A DNA stretch of 63,834 nucleotides, the filler included, from Reclinomonas americana ATCC 50394 (Eukaryota), in NCBI GenBank assembly GCA_048213135.1. It is 23 parts of 23 records of this genome, joined end to end, with 100 filler letters (N's around TTAATTAATTAA, not from the genome) between each part and the next. Parts side by side here need not be neighbours in the genome. Positions count along the whole stretch, not along the records: positions 1 to 3,763 come from AFZH01024636.1; positions 3,864 to 7,620 come from AFZH01024637.1; positions 7,721 to 11,417 come from AFZH01024638.1; 20 more parts are not named here. The stretch is one strand, 5' to 3'. The notes beneath the pieces are model-generated. The model saw only the letters and a list, made by a program, of their open reading frames with translations. It made no database searches and was not told where the DNA came from. Each line of letters opens with the position of its first letter. Within the stretch, counting starts at the first letter, position 1. Below are positions 1 to 11,517 of the stretch, piece by piece. Made by a program: the position numbers and the translations under genes.

Positions 1-1764
1 ATGCATTGCGTGAGATGGTACCCTTGGCGACTCGACAGAAAGAGCACGCACGATGTTCATCAGTGTGCTCCACACTGACTCGTAGCAATTCCAGCATGCA
101 GTGCCGCAACGCCTCTTGCCTCGCATACGATGCACTCTTGTTGGATTTTGGAGTGCTCACCGCCTGCCGACATGTGGGCACACAGGGGATAAGGGGGAGG
201 ACTGACGGATCACAAGCAACGACAAACCAGTCCCGACAACGAGAAGCCGTTTCGTGCGAGCGCCTCTGGTCGCATCACCGCCGTCTCGCTCCCACGCACT
301 GTACCTTGTCGCTGGTGCATTGCTTCCAGTTCCGAGGCACTGCACGGCAGATCCCGCGGGGGTGAGATGGCCTGTCAGAGAAATGGACAGCGGCAATCAT
401 AGTGCGCAACACTTGAGAGAGCGGAAAGTGCTCGGCGGCATTCGACTGCTTCAGCAAGTCCTCTGTACGTGTACGCGCAGTCATCAGTGTACAACGAAAA
501 ACACGTGATCTCATGCTCGGTGGCAGCGCACCGCTAATGTCGTGAATCTGACGACGTGCGACTGCATCCACTTGCAGCACGTTCCACAGCGTGTACATTT
601 GCGGCGATCGTAGTCGGCGAATTCTGTGCGTGCGTAAGCCGATTAGGCGACCAATCGCACACAACACCCCCGTTGGCGAATCAAACGCAACAGCGACGAC
701 TGTTGCTGGCGGAGTCGCGTGAGTTGGAGTGGCGGCACTGGGGACAACTTGCGAGCTGCGCACCCGACACACTCACATTCAGCCTCACGCATCAGCGCTC
801 ACTCGCCCAACACAAAAAACGCAACATCGCGCAGGCATCGCCCACTGCGGTGACACTGGCTCCGTCGGCCCGCTTCGCGCACCCGTCATCGACGACACGT
901 CCATCAACAGCGCCTCCTCGCGCAACGCCGAAGCCGCCGCCGACGCTGCAGCCTCCGCCGGCGTCTCCAGCACCACTGTACGCTCCAGCTTCTTCCTCTT
1001 CTCCACCTGCAGCGCGGTCGCGTTGGCCTGGCACTCGATCACTGGCCGAGAGGAACAATCGACGCACCTTATCCTCCTGCCTCACCAACGCCGATCGCAA
1101 CGTCTGCAGCTCCGACTGCACCGTCAATCGCTCAAACACAGCCGCCTGCTTGCTCTCCTGTGTCAACAAGCTGCGCCACACACGTAAGCAGGCCACCACA
1201 GCAGCGATCCTCCACCATGAAATGGACGCAACGCGATCTTCTCCGCGACCAGCTCCGGCTCACTGACCAGCATCAGTCCGCCTCCACTCGGCCCCGGACT
1301 GAGGTCCTCCGAGGCCGCCAGCATGGCTCTGATCGACGCACGTCGCGAAGTCGACATGCGCTTTCCTCCTCGCTGCGTGCTCCCCGACGACGCAGAGGTC
1401 GATCGTTGTGACGAGAGAGGCGCAGGTGGAGGTGGAGGCGGAGGAGCTAAAGGATGTGCGTTGGCAGAGGGCGCTCGCTTATGTGATGCCGACTGTTGAT
1501 CGCCGACGAGAACGCGGAAACCTCCACCAGCGACCTGTGTGAAAGAGAGTGAGAGTCAGTCACCGATGGAATCGGTGTCGTTGTCACTCTTTCTCTCTCT
1601 CTCGCACACACCAGTCGGTCTTTCCTCACGTTCAACCCCGACCCTCGCGCTGATCGCATGGTCGTCAGAGGAGACGGAGGATCGTCGGTGGACGCAGCAG
1701 CAGCAGCAGCCGTGTCGCCGCCATGAGAGAGACGCAGATTGAGCGTGCTCGGTCCCACCGACAT
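1..1764 (-). CDS. Multi-exon eukaryotic hypothetical protein with a coiled-coil-like segment (3' partial; exon structure approximate)
   Basis: ATG at 1764 (MSVGPSTLNLR...). Protein-like frame segments (ESKQAAVFERLTVQSELQTLRSALVRQEDK; VEKRKKLERTVVLE) are separated by short GT..AG pyrimidine-rich intron-like gaps. No family recognised. Confidence 0.35.
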
Positions 1765-1952
1765 CTCTTGTCTCTCTCTCTCTCTCTGTCTGCCTCTGTC
1801 TCTGGCACACTCAGCGAGTGACGCACAACTGGGTTACGCTCGCCTCGAACACGGATGAGAGTGAAAAGTCGGCCAACGCAAAAATTAACTGGCCACCAAT
1901 CGGTGACCGTTGGCGCATGTGGCACTCGTTTTGATTGCAATCGTCTTTTCAT

Positions 1953-3763
1953 TTATCGCTGCTGCTGCATAAGAGCATGAAACATGGCACGCTGCTCTTG
2001 CAGCTCGCGTCGATAGGCTTCGAGTAGAGCGCGCTGGTCGCGAAGTTCCGCAGCTTGTGCCTCCAGCTGCTCCTGTTGCTCCTTGACGGCTTGTACGAGA
2101 ACGGCAGTGAGGTGAGCGTAGTCGACGGTTTCGTACTGCGCATTCGGCGAGCGGCCGACCAGTTCGGGGAACACGGCGGCGACTTCGTGGGCGAGAAGGC
2201 CGATCTCGCGACGATTGGCGGACAGTCCGCGCAGCTGCATGCCGGTGGAGTTCCACTCGTAGGTGACGGGGTTGAGAAGACGCAGGCTGTCGACGGCCCG
2301 CGATGGACGGCTGCTCGTGTCGGCTTGCGCCAGAGGCCGGATGTTCTGTTTGAGGCGTACGTCGGAGAGCGCCGTGCCGAGATCGATCGGGAACAACGTG
2401 CCGCTGCTGGAGCGCCAGAACGGTTGTCCACTCAACGCATACAACCACGACATATTGGCGGTGGCGGAGACGGCTGGATGACTCGCCACCTCTGTGATGC
2501 CGATCAGGTTGTCTTGCATGTGGATCTGCACGTTGCCGTGGATGGACAGCTCAAGTGCGTCGGCCAGGCCCACCACTGGATAGAGTCATGCGCGATGAGT
2601 GACAACGAAGGGCAAAAAATAAGCACACTCGAGCACAAACCAGTGGCAAAGAGACCCGAGTCGCCAAACGTGTCAAAGGCGTAGCCCACGTTGGAGACGC
2701 TGCCAGCCGTGGGTGAACCCGAGGCCGCTCGGTAGCCGCCCGTGTTGTGTACTTGTGCTGCAGGCGAGGCAATGCCGATGCCAAGGAACCAGCCGGCGCC
2801 GCCGGCATTGGTCAACGTCTGTGTGCACATGAGAGAACGAAGGAGACCAGGGGAGAAAATGGAGAGAAAAACAAACACACCATGCCGGTGGCAGTATCGG
2901 CCAAGTGCAGCGTGTCAAAGGTGGCGAGCGGTTGCATGGAACCCAGCAGGATCTTGGTGCCCGACTGGCTGAGCATGGGATTGCCGTTGAAAGAGAGTGT
3001 TGGGTCGGCGCCGCCCGTCGTCACCATGTCCAACAGCGCAGTCAGTGTCGCCACCGAGTTCGCCGACGGTCGCAGTCGCAGTCGGTCCACACCCCCCAAC
3101 ATCACCGACAGCTCACTCGACATGCCGCCCGTCGAGAACAGTCCCGTGCTCCCATCGTCGTCAAACGCATAGCCAATGTCCGTCAGCGGCGGCTCACCCA
3201 CTTTGGCTCGAATGCCGCCACGCACTTGCAGCTTGGTCGCCGGCGCCGATTCACCAATGCCCACTTGACCGGCGTCGGTAACAATCTGTGTGCAGAAGTG
3301 AGTGAAAAACAACGGCGGCAGCACCAGCAGCAACGGCACCACAAACAAACCAATCGATTGCTGGCGCGGAACACCACATCGGCAAAGTCCGTGCCCAGAA
3401 TGAGCGTCGTGCCACCACCATCCGTCGTCACATACGTCTTGCTGTTCATGCGCAAGGGCGAGTTCGACACATTCAGCGAGCCCGTCAACACGATCTCGCC
3501 AGTGCTGCTGTTCGGCACTGCAATGCGTGGAGTACCCGCCACCGAGAGCGTCAGATCGGGAGTGACCGCTGCAATATCGCACGAAAAGTGAGTCGCCAAG
3601 AGCACGTGATACGACAGCTGTGGAAACAATACCATTGCAAAACACTCCCGTATCGGCGGTGCTGTCGAATGAGAAACCGACATTGGATGAGGCACCCGAG
3701 GTCGCGCCGCGTGCCGCACGAACGCCGCCAGCCACATGCAGTTTGGCAACAGGTGACGTAGTT
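1953..3763 (-). CDS. 3' part of an intron-containing tail-fibre-like repeat protein with C-terminal Peptidase_S74 (intramolecular chaperone autoprocessing) domain and coiled coil
   Basis: Last exon encodes LSDVRLKQNI...LNPVTYEWN...IGLLAHEVAAVFPELV...VDYAHLTAVLVQAVKEQQEQLE, the S74 signature (Ser codon 2364-2366, Lys codon 2349-2351). Upstream exons carry three modules (TTSPVAKLHVAGG, VGIGESAPATKLQVRGG, LGIGIASPAAQVHNTGG). GT-AG introns of about 60 nt lie near 2577-2640, 2820-2880, 3286-3350 and 3570-3631. Confidence 0.88.
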
Positions 3764-3863
3764 NNNNNNNNNNNNNNNNNNNNNNNNNNNNNNNNNNNNN
3801 NNNNNNNTTAATTAATTAANNNNNNNNNNNNNNNNNNNNNNNNNNNNNNNNNNNNNNNNNNNN
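3764..3863. other. Artificial contig spacer (first of 22 in the window)
   Basis: 44 N + TTAATTAATTAA (stops in all six frames) + 44 N, repeated at every contig join. Confidence 0.98.
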
Positions 3864-4489
3864 ATCGAAAAATGCATGTGCCCGAGCATGTGAAGGTAAC
3901 CACCCATCGCCTGCACTCTGTCGAGACTTGCGCCCCGACAGCGCAAATGATAGTACCCTGTCTGATCTGGCGTCAACACATCCAACGCAGCCGCGGAGAC
4001 AGAACACCCACCTCCACATCACAGACAGCAAACGTGAATAACTCACGGCCGTACTGTGGCGCAGAGGGAGCTGTGCAAGGCTCTGCTCCAAACGGACTGC
4101 GCGGAGCGAAGAACATATTCTCCGAGCAGTAACTACGAATCCCAGTGACTCAAAATAACACTGGGGACTCGACTTTTAGCCACTCGGGTGAGGGAGAAAA
4201 GAATGAAGTACAAGAGAGAGAGAAAGAAAGAGAGAAGAGAAGGAGGAGAAGGAGGGATGGGTGGAGGGAAGAGAGAGAAAGAAACAGAAATGAAAGTGTC
4301 TTGTGACGAAGTGCAGCAACACTACAGATAAGTCGTGTTGAAGTTTGGACCAAACAATCACTCAAAAAGAGACAAGAGCAAATGCAGCTACTTGTCGTCT
4401 CTCACCACCGTGTACCCGATAAAAACAAGAGGACAGGTAGATAGATCAAAGACAGCAGGCAACAGTCGAGATATCCCGAGGAAACGAAA

Positions 4490-7158
4490 TTACCTGCAAA
4501 CGAATCACCCAGTGCCGCAATGCACAAGTGCTCGTCCTTGCCAGTGCCCGACCACTTGGCCGTCACATTCAGCTGCGGCATGTCCAGCCATGAGTGGCGG
4601 AAGTCCACGCCATCGGACGCTGCGAGCAAAATAGAGTGAGCAACATTGCCCAGCGCCGCCGCGGCCGCCAAGCACACGTTTGACATACCCAGAAGCTCTT
4701 CAGTGGCCGAGGCGTACAACTGCAACGCCATCTCGGCCTGATTGCGGCCAATGATCTCGGCGCTCTTGTACCTGCAGTGCAAGCACGTGAGCACGAGTAC
4801 AATCGACACCCGAACCAACCAATCAACAACCGGCACGCAACTGATCAGGGTATCCCGGTCCGCGAGCCACACACAACTCCGTCTTGCCGCCGCACGTGGA
4901 CGTGATGCGGTCGCACGGCGTGTTGTCGGGGCAGAATGCGCCTATTTCTCACACAAGTCAGTCACTGGCGCGCGGCACGAGCAAGGGCGCACGACGCACG
5001 CACCCAGTGTGTTTGGCGTCACATCACCGGCATTGGCTTGCACAAAGGCGGCGACGAACGCGCCAGTGCCAGGGAGTGAACCGGGGTTCTTGATCTCTTC
5101 CACGATTTGCGACGCGATGCCCTTGTTGTCGCCCGAGACGTACTGCGCGAGAGAAATCGAAACAGTTGGAGAAATCGATGTGTGAGGAAACGAGGTGCAG
5201 TGAAAGATGATGAGGCAAGGACAAGCACGGAAGCGGGGGTGACATCCAACCAAACGAACCCTATTCTTGTTGCCAATGGCCGTTCCGTGCTGCGCGAACA
5301 AACACAGTTGCTCGTCAGGCACACAAACCAGAGAGAGACAGCCGAGTCGCAGACACTACTGATGCTCACCACTGCAAACCACGTAATCATGCCGCGGTCG
5401 CTGCCGTCCATACCGACAATCTTGATCACGGTAATGTCCTTGTCCGTGTCGCCGTCGGGGTACTGAGCGCGCTCCGACTCCGGGTTGAGCAAGTACGACG
5501 TGGCTGAACGGCTGCGACGAATCGATCAGGAACTCAGAAAATAAACAGACAACAATGTCGGCAGGCGCCGCAACTTGGCGTTCGAGTTGTACAGCTTGCC
5601 CTGGTTGACGTAGACGCGCGACGGCTGCATGCTGTTGTGTGCAGCGTCGATACTGTGGCGTGAAGAGGTTAGGAGAGTGGAGTGAACGAACACATGAACA
5701 GACGTAAGCAGAGTAACACACGAGAGATGATAGTGTAGCGAGAGAGAGACAAGAGAGACAGCGCAGGAACAGATGAATGCCAAAAAATGAGCGAGATCGA
5801 GTCTTGAAACAGAGAGAGCAATCATGCACACATACGAATCTAGCACAGTGCGCGTGCCAGAGAACAGAGACACAATGTCACAATCATCTCCTTCCCAAAT
5901 CAAACCTAGCAAGAATACCGCCGACCACCGCCTCAAAGTTCTCCTTCGAGAAGCCAAGCGACGAAATCTGTTCAAAGCATTAGACACCACGTCCTCACTT
6001 TCTGTACACAATCACGAAAAGAACAGCCGCCGTCTCACGAAACGTCATACAAGGCGTAGTAGCTGTAGGCGCCTGGTCCGCTGTGGGTGTGCGTGCCCGT
6101 AATCATCACTGCGCGTGCAACGATGCACAGTGAGCACAACGGTTCACACGTGCCATGTCGTCACGCCGCACCATTGTCGTGCTTGTAGAGTGAGCCGTAC
6201 TTGGCTCGCAGCCTCTCAATGACCATGAGCTTCACCGATTGCATGGTCATGCAAGAATCTGCACGTCAGACAGCGTGACACGGCAGTGAGCACGTGAGAA
6301 GCAACAAGAAGCAGGACCACTCGCACGTCGCACGACGTACCGAGATTCACCACGACCACGCGTTGGCCATTGGCCTCGAAAATGTACGAGCGCGCGCGCT
6401 GTGCGGAGAATCTTTAGTCTCTCGGATCATGGTCGCCCGAAACACGTGTGACGGGGAGAAGGAGAGGAAGAGAGAGAGGGGGAATGCACGCACGCACCAG
6501 ACGCAGGTTCAAACCCTCGGCAATCTGCTCCAGCATGGCGTCTGCGCCACAGCAAATACACTTGTGAGTGACCGGGATTTCCCGCCACTCGTCATTCAGT
6601 AAACGACGCAACATCCCATCATCTCGACGCCTTGCACGGGGCCTGTGCATGCAGCAGAACAAGGCGTGTGAGAGAGGGAGAGGGAGAGAGGAAGAGAGGG
6701 AAAGGCGGAGAATAATTGCTCGAATCGCGCGGGGGAATTCACACTCTCACTCACTCTCTCTCTCTCGCACAAACACACAGATGTGCGTGCGTAGTGTGTG
6801 GCACTCACCGGTGATGTCATAGGTGCCAATCTGCGCACGACGACACGAAGAAAAAAAGAAAAGTGAGCGGGGGTCAGCGCACATCGACATGAACAACAAC
6901 CCTTTCCGCACAACACCACACCACGAATCATCTCTTCGCACATAACTCGCGCGCATTCACAGGCACTCTGACACACTCGACACGCACACACGCACACACA
7001 CACACGAGTACGAGAGGAGCGTGAAACGCAACTCCGACATTAAAGTTGGACGACTGCTCAGTGTGGAAGTGCTGCTCCTCGTTCGCCGAGGCCAGCAGCG
7101 CGGTGGCGACAACAGTGCACACCAGTACGCACAAAAGTGCACTGAGAGAGGCTCGCAT
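4490..7158 (-). CDS. Neutral/alkaline ceramidase, multi-exon, with signal peptide (3' end not resolved)
   Basis: N-terminus MRASLSALLCVLVCTVVATALLASA. Exon motifs IGTYDITG, PVQGVEMMG, ERAQYPDGDTDKDIT, GMITWFAV/HGT, VSGDNKGIAS, FVAAFVQANAGDVTPN, IIGRNQ, VDFRHSWLDM and CIAALGDSFAG match the Ceramidase_alk family. Many short GT-AG introns. Confidence 0.9.
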
Positions 7159-7720
7159 GGCGCGCCACGCAAACTAAACAACAAACTTGATTTCCGTCCA
7201 TCCGTCTGACCGCCGGATGAACTCTTTGGCAGCTGAAGCGAGAACCAGCAGAACCGGAACAAACAGCTGTCTCAATGATCAAGCCTGCCCATGTTCAAAC
7301 ACCGTTCTTGAATGCAGCAGCCGTACTTTTTCTCTGCTTGTGTTCGAATTCGCGATCGACGTCGACCAGCTGCAGTCGGCAACGGAACTGCAACCTGCAG
7401 CGAAGCACGGAAGTGAGCAGCTGTAGAGTACGCAGAGTTGCGGAGAAGCCCACGACTTTATGCGGTCGTTTGTGCCTCATCCAGTAAATTGCTGACCAAT
7501 GAAATGCGAAAACCGGAACCGAACTCAGTTGCATTGCCGCGCTTTTCCCTATGTCGATTTCTCTTCCCAGCGCCTCCTGCAATATTTTTTCATCCCTGTT
7601 GGGAACTTGACACCAACAACNNNNNNNNNNNNNNNNNNNNNNNNNNNNNNNNNNNNNNNNNNNNTTAATTAATTAANNNNNNNNNNNNNNNNNNNNNNNN
7701 NNNNNNNNNNNNNNNNNNNN

Positions 7721-9305
7721 GAGAACTGGTTGCTGGCGCAGATCTGCAGGTTGACCGAGGTGCCAGCCGGCAGGCCAGTCACGTCAATGTAGTAGGTCGA
7801 CAGGTTGTTGTTCCACGACGCCGCAGTACCGCTGCCGTTGGTGGACGGGAACGAGCTGGTGTCAATGTTGACGGCAGAGCCGGCAGTGGCAGCTGTCACC
7901 GACGAGGCGCTGGTGCACCGGCGGTGTAGTACACCACACGGTAGGCGCTCACGTTCGGGGTCGGGGTCGTCACGTTGCCCTGAGTGGCGCTCGAGGTGGC
8001 AGTGTTGGAGCCGCCGACGCTGATTGGGGTCGAGAAGTTCAGGCGCACGCCAGTCGAGAGTGCCACACCAGCTGCAGTGGGCGCAGCCGGCACGGAGCCG
8101 TTGTTGTCGGTGATGGCCTGGATCGAGCCGGCCGCCGAGGCAGCGGTGTTGTTGTTGACTGTCACCTTGATCTTGGTCGTGTACTGCATGGCCGCCACAA
8201 AGTTGGTGCTGGCGTTGTTCATCGTGAAGCCGGTGATCTGCTGGTAGAAGCCAGAGTTGTACGGGAACAGGCCGTAGAACGACGTGGCGAGCGTGCCAGA
8301 GCCAGTCGCGCCGGTGGTGATGGCAGGCTGGTCAGTGCTGCCATTGGTCACCGTGTAGGCGGCAGTCGGCGCAGCGGTAGTGTCGCCAGTGCCAAAGGTG
8401 GCCGGGTAGTTGAAGGCGACGACAAACGACGTCGAAGTGACCTGATCCACAGAGCCAGTGTACGGAGCCACAGTGTAGCCAGTCGGCGTGGCCGGCGCAC
8501 CGGACGCCAGAGTCACCGTCACGGCAGTCGAGAACGTCAGGCTGGCACCGTTGGCACCCGGAGTGCCGCGCGCTGCCGTTATTGTAGGCCGCCGTCAGGC
8601 AAGTTACCTCGACGAGCACGCGGTTGCGCGACGTGCCAGCGCTGCCGGTCGGGATGCCAAAGTCGGTCAGGTCGGAAATGGTGGTGACCAGTCACTGCAC
8701 CGCCGCCGCAGTCCGACTTGACGTACCACGTGGCAGCGCCAATCATGCCCGGCCCACATGGCCGCCGCACCCTCCCACTCCACCGCCGGTTGCTGTTGGC
8801 GTCGGTGGTGAGGCCCGAAGCGACAGAGACACCGCACACGTTGGCAGTGCCGGTGGCAGTGTAGATGTACAAGCTGGCAGCAGACGAGGCGTTGACGGTG
8901 CCTCCCACAGCTGTGTACGTGGCCTGAATGGCGGTCAAGGTGACGACAAAGGTCAGCGAATTGTTGGTGATGTCGATGATGGTGACCGATCGAGCTGGCA
9001 GCGGTGAGGGTGGCACCGGCGCCAGCAAAGGCGGGCGCGGCAGTTCCCCGGGATCCAGCCGCGGTAGTAGCGGGCCCATCGACAGAGTGGAGGCGTTCCA
9101 AAGCCACCGCTACCACTGGTGATGGCGGCAGTAAGGTTGGCCACACAGTTGACAATGGTGCTGGCACAGCGCCCACGGACCTGCAGCCCACAACACATTC
9201 ACGCGCGCGATTGCCGGCAGTAAGAGTGATTTCCAGTTGCGAAGCAGTGTCGAGCGCAGCAGTGCCGTTGCCAGCGTCGTTCTGCGCAGTCACGCGATGC
9301 GACAT
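7721..9305 (-). pseudogene. Frameshifted paralog of the FN3-repeat Ser/Thr-rich surface protein at 11518-15146
   Basis: 7721-8780 aligns by eye to about 13873-14940 (e.g. TVTLASGAPATPTGYTVAPYTGSVDQVTSTSFVVAFNYPATFGTGDT is identical). Several small indels break the frame (about 7916-7923, 8566-8570, 8590-8780). An FN3-like end motif RVTAQNDAGNG lies near 9270-9297. Confidence 0.65.
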
Positions 9306-9359
9306 GTGGTGATCGCGCCACCATTCGATCCGGTCCTGCACCACTGTGCAAGTGAGGAT

Positions 9360-10960
9360 TACGCAGCACAACGGGAGTGCTCCATTTCATCACACTCACC
9401 ATGGCACCACCAGCAGTGTAGCTGGCGAATAACCGCAGCAGCCTCCTGCGCCTCAGGGCCGTCGGCTGAGTGGAACAGCAGGTCGGCTACCACCCACAAC
9501 TTCCGGCCATTGATCTCCGCCACAAAGCCATTCCGAAGCCGATTCATCGAAATGGTGAGCTGTTTGTATGCTGACATGTTGCTCGTCTCTGCAAGACCAT
9601 TCTCGAGCATGAGCACCTCGCGATCGAGGGTATAGATGGCTCATGACTAGCCGCTTATGCGCACCTGGCGGCGTGAGACCAACGCACGGGAAGTAGCGGG
9701 ATTTTCCAGAGCGCAGCTCATTGGCCGGCCGATTGACAATCGCCAGGTGCAATGCACCTGTTGGTCGCTGCGCGCGTGTGCTCAGTGACTCTGCATCAGC
9801 GTGACAACGAAAACAGTCAGTGCACGCATGCTGCTGGCAACAAACAAAGTCCACAGCACTCACCCTTGAAGTCATCATAGTCTGTCTTTACAAACAATAC
9901 CACCACTTCGTCAGCGCCGGCCTCTGTTGCCCTGACCTCCATCGTGTCATCATACTGCAATCAAGACAGTCTCTCTCTTAGTCTAACAACTGCGAAATGA
10001 GCAGCCGAGAACAACAGCAGCCTACCGTCAGTGAGACACCACTGTCAGTGCCGCGAATCTGATCGTCGGTGCATTGCACAAAGGCCATCTTGCCGCCGGC
10101 AACAACAGTTGTCGGAATGACGCACAGCAATTGGGTACTGCGTGGACGACCGGCGGAAAGCATTTCCACGTCGCTCCATCGGAACACGGGACTGGAAACT
10201 CGTCCGAGCACTGTCCCGGGATTGAGTGTGACTTCCACAACAGCCGCCGTTGACGGATGTCTCGGCCACACCAAGAGGCAAGCAAAGCGCTGAGCCACAT
10301 CTGCTGCTGTTTCACCCCAAACGCTGACATTTTTCTGAGAGCAATGCTTGTCAGCGCTACTGCAGGAGACAACAATCAAACATGAATTGGCGCAACTGAG
10401 GGATACGGATGGCTGTCAAACAACCACAATTGCACCACAGTTCGTTTGACTCCGTTGGGCCCCACCTGCCACATGCGCAAGAGTACACGTTGGCAACACG
10501 ACATACATGCCAGCACAAACGACAGTGGATGATGATCAATAACTCAACGAATTCAGCACCTTGGCAATCACGTCTGCGCCATTGACAACAGCGCTAGCGC
10601 ACACAAAAGAGTTCTTCCAGAGAGCGACGCGCTTGCCGTTCCCGAGGGTCGCATACGTGACAAGAGCATGCATCTCGAGCTCTTTCGTCTTCACTCGCGC
10701 CCCTGTCATGGGCCCGCGACGAATAACGCTGCCGGGTGTCTGTGGAGGTGCGGCGGTCGTTGGTCACGGGGAGCGGAAGACACACACGCAGGGCTCATCG
10801 TAAACACACAATACCTTGCCAACAACATGCAAGTGCACGTGACGAGGTGTGAGACTATCCAGTGCACGTGTACCAGGCAATGGCCTGGTTGCTCGTTGAA
10901 ACGCTTCACGCTCTCCAGATACTCCGACGCCGCCAGCTCATGGGCTCGACTTGCAAGACC
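9360..10960 (-). other. Fragmented Cys-rich coding-like region, possibly a DNA-transposon relic
   Basis: Short frames with Cys clusters (CSCHVC, CRLCWHVC...CACG...CNCGC, CCQQHACTDCFRCH) and a helical segment (EVLMLENGLAETSNMSAYKQLTISMNRLRNG). No catalytic motif recognised. Confidence 0.2.
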
Positions 10961-11517
10961 CTAGTTTTCTCACACGCTCTCCTGTCACTCACGCACAGCC
11001 GTGCACTCATGGAACCGGAAACACACACAGAGAGAGAGAGAGAGTGAGTGAGAAATGAGTGCGTATATCTCGTCCCAGCTCCCTGCAGAGTTGCCGCTGT
11101 GGATGTGAGTTAAATGTGCCGGTCAATGCGTGTGTGTGTGTCAATCTGAACTGGCAGAGGGCAGAAAAGGCGGGAGTGCTCGCATTTCCTTTCTAAGCAG
11201 TTTCCTTTTTTGTAGAGGAGAACCTGACTGACTGTAAGCGGCCAGCATGTAGTGGACATTGACGGGCCTGTTTGTGTTGGGTATATGTGTACGGGATTGG
11301 AGTGTACAGAGATCCAGAAAGGGGGTCCGATCTGGAAATCAATCTGCGCATGCATGCAGAGGAGGCGAGGGGCTTGTACGCAGCAACTGGGGACATTGTC
11401 GTGCAGAGCATCTGAGANNNNNNNNNNNNNNNNNNNNNNNNNNNNNNNNNNNNNNNNNNNNTTAATTAATTAANNNNNNNNNNNNNNNNNNNNNNNNNNN
11501 NNNNNNNNNNNNNNNNN

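Noticed and set aside
1953..2400. Prophage or phage contaminant, or a MYRF ortholog, as the source of the S74 domain
   Set aside because: The gene has multiple spliceosomal-type introns and a spliced neighbour, and no other phage genes are present. There is no Ndt80-like DNA-binding domain or downstream TM segment as in MYRF.
3764..3863. Recurring TTAATTAATTAA palindrome flanked by Ns as a CRISPR-like or regulatory repeat
   Set aside because: It is an artificial six-frame-stop linker. Adjacency of contigs across it carries no biological meaning.
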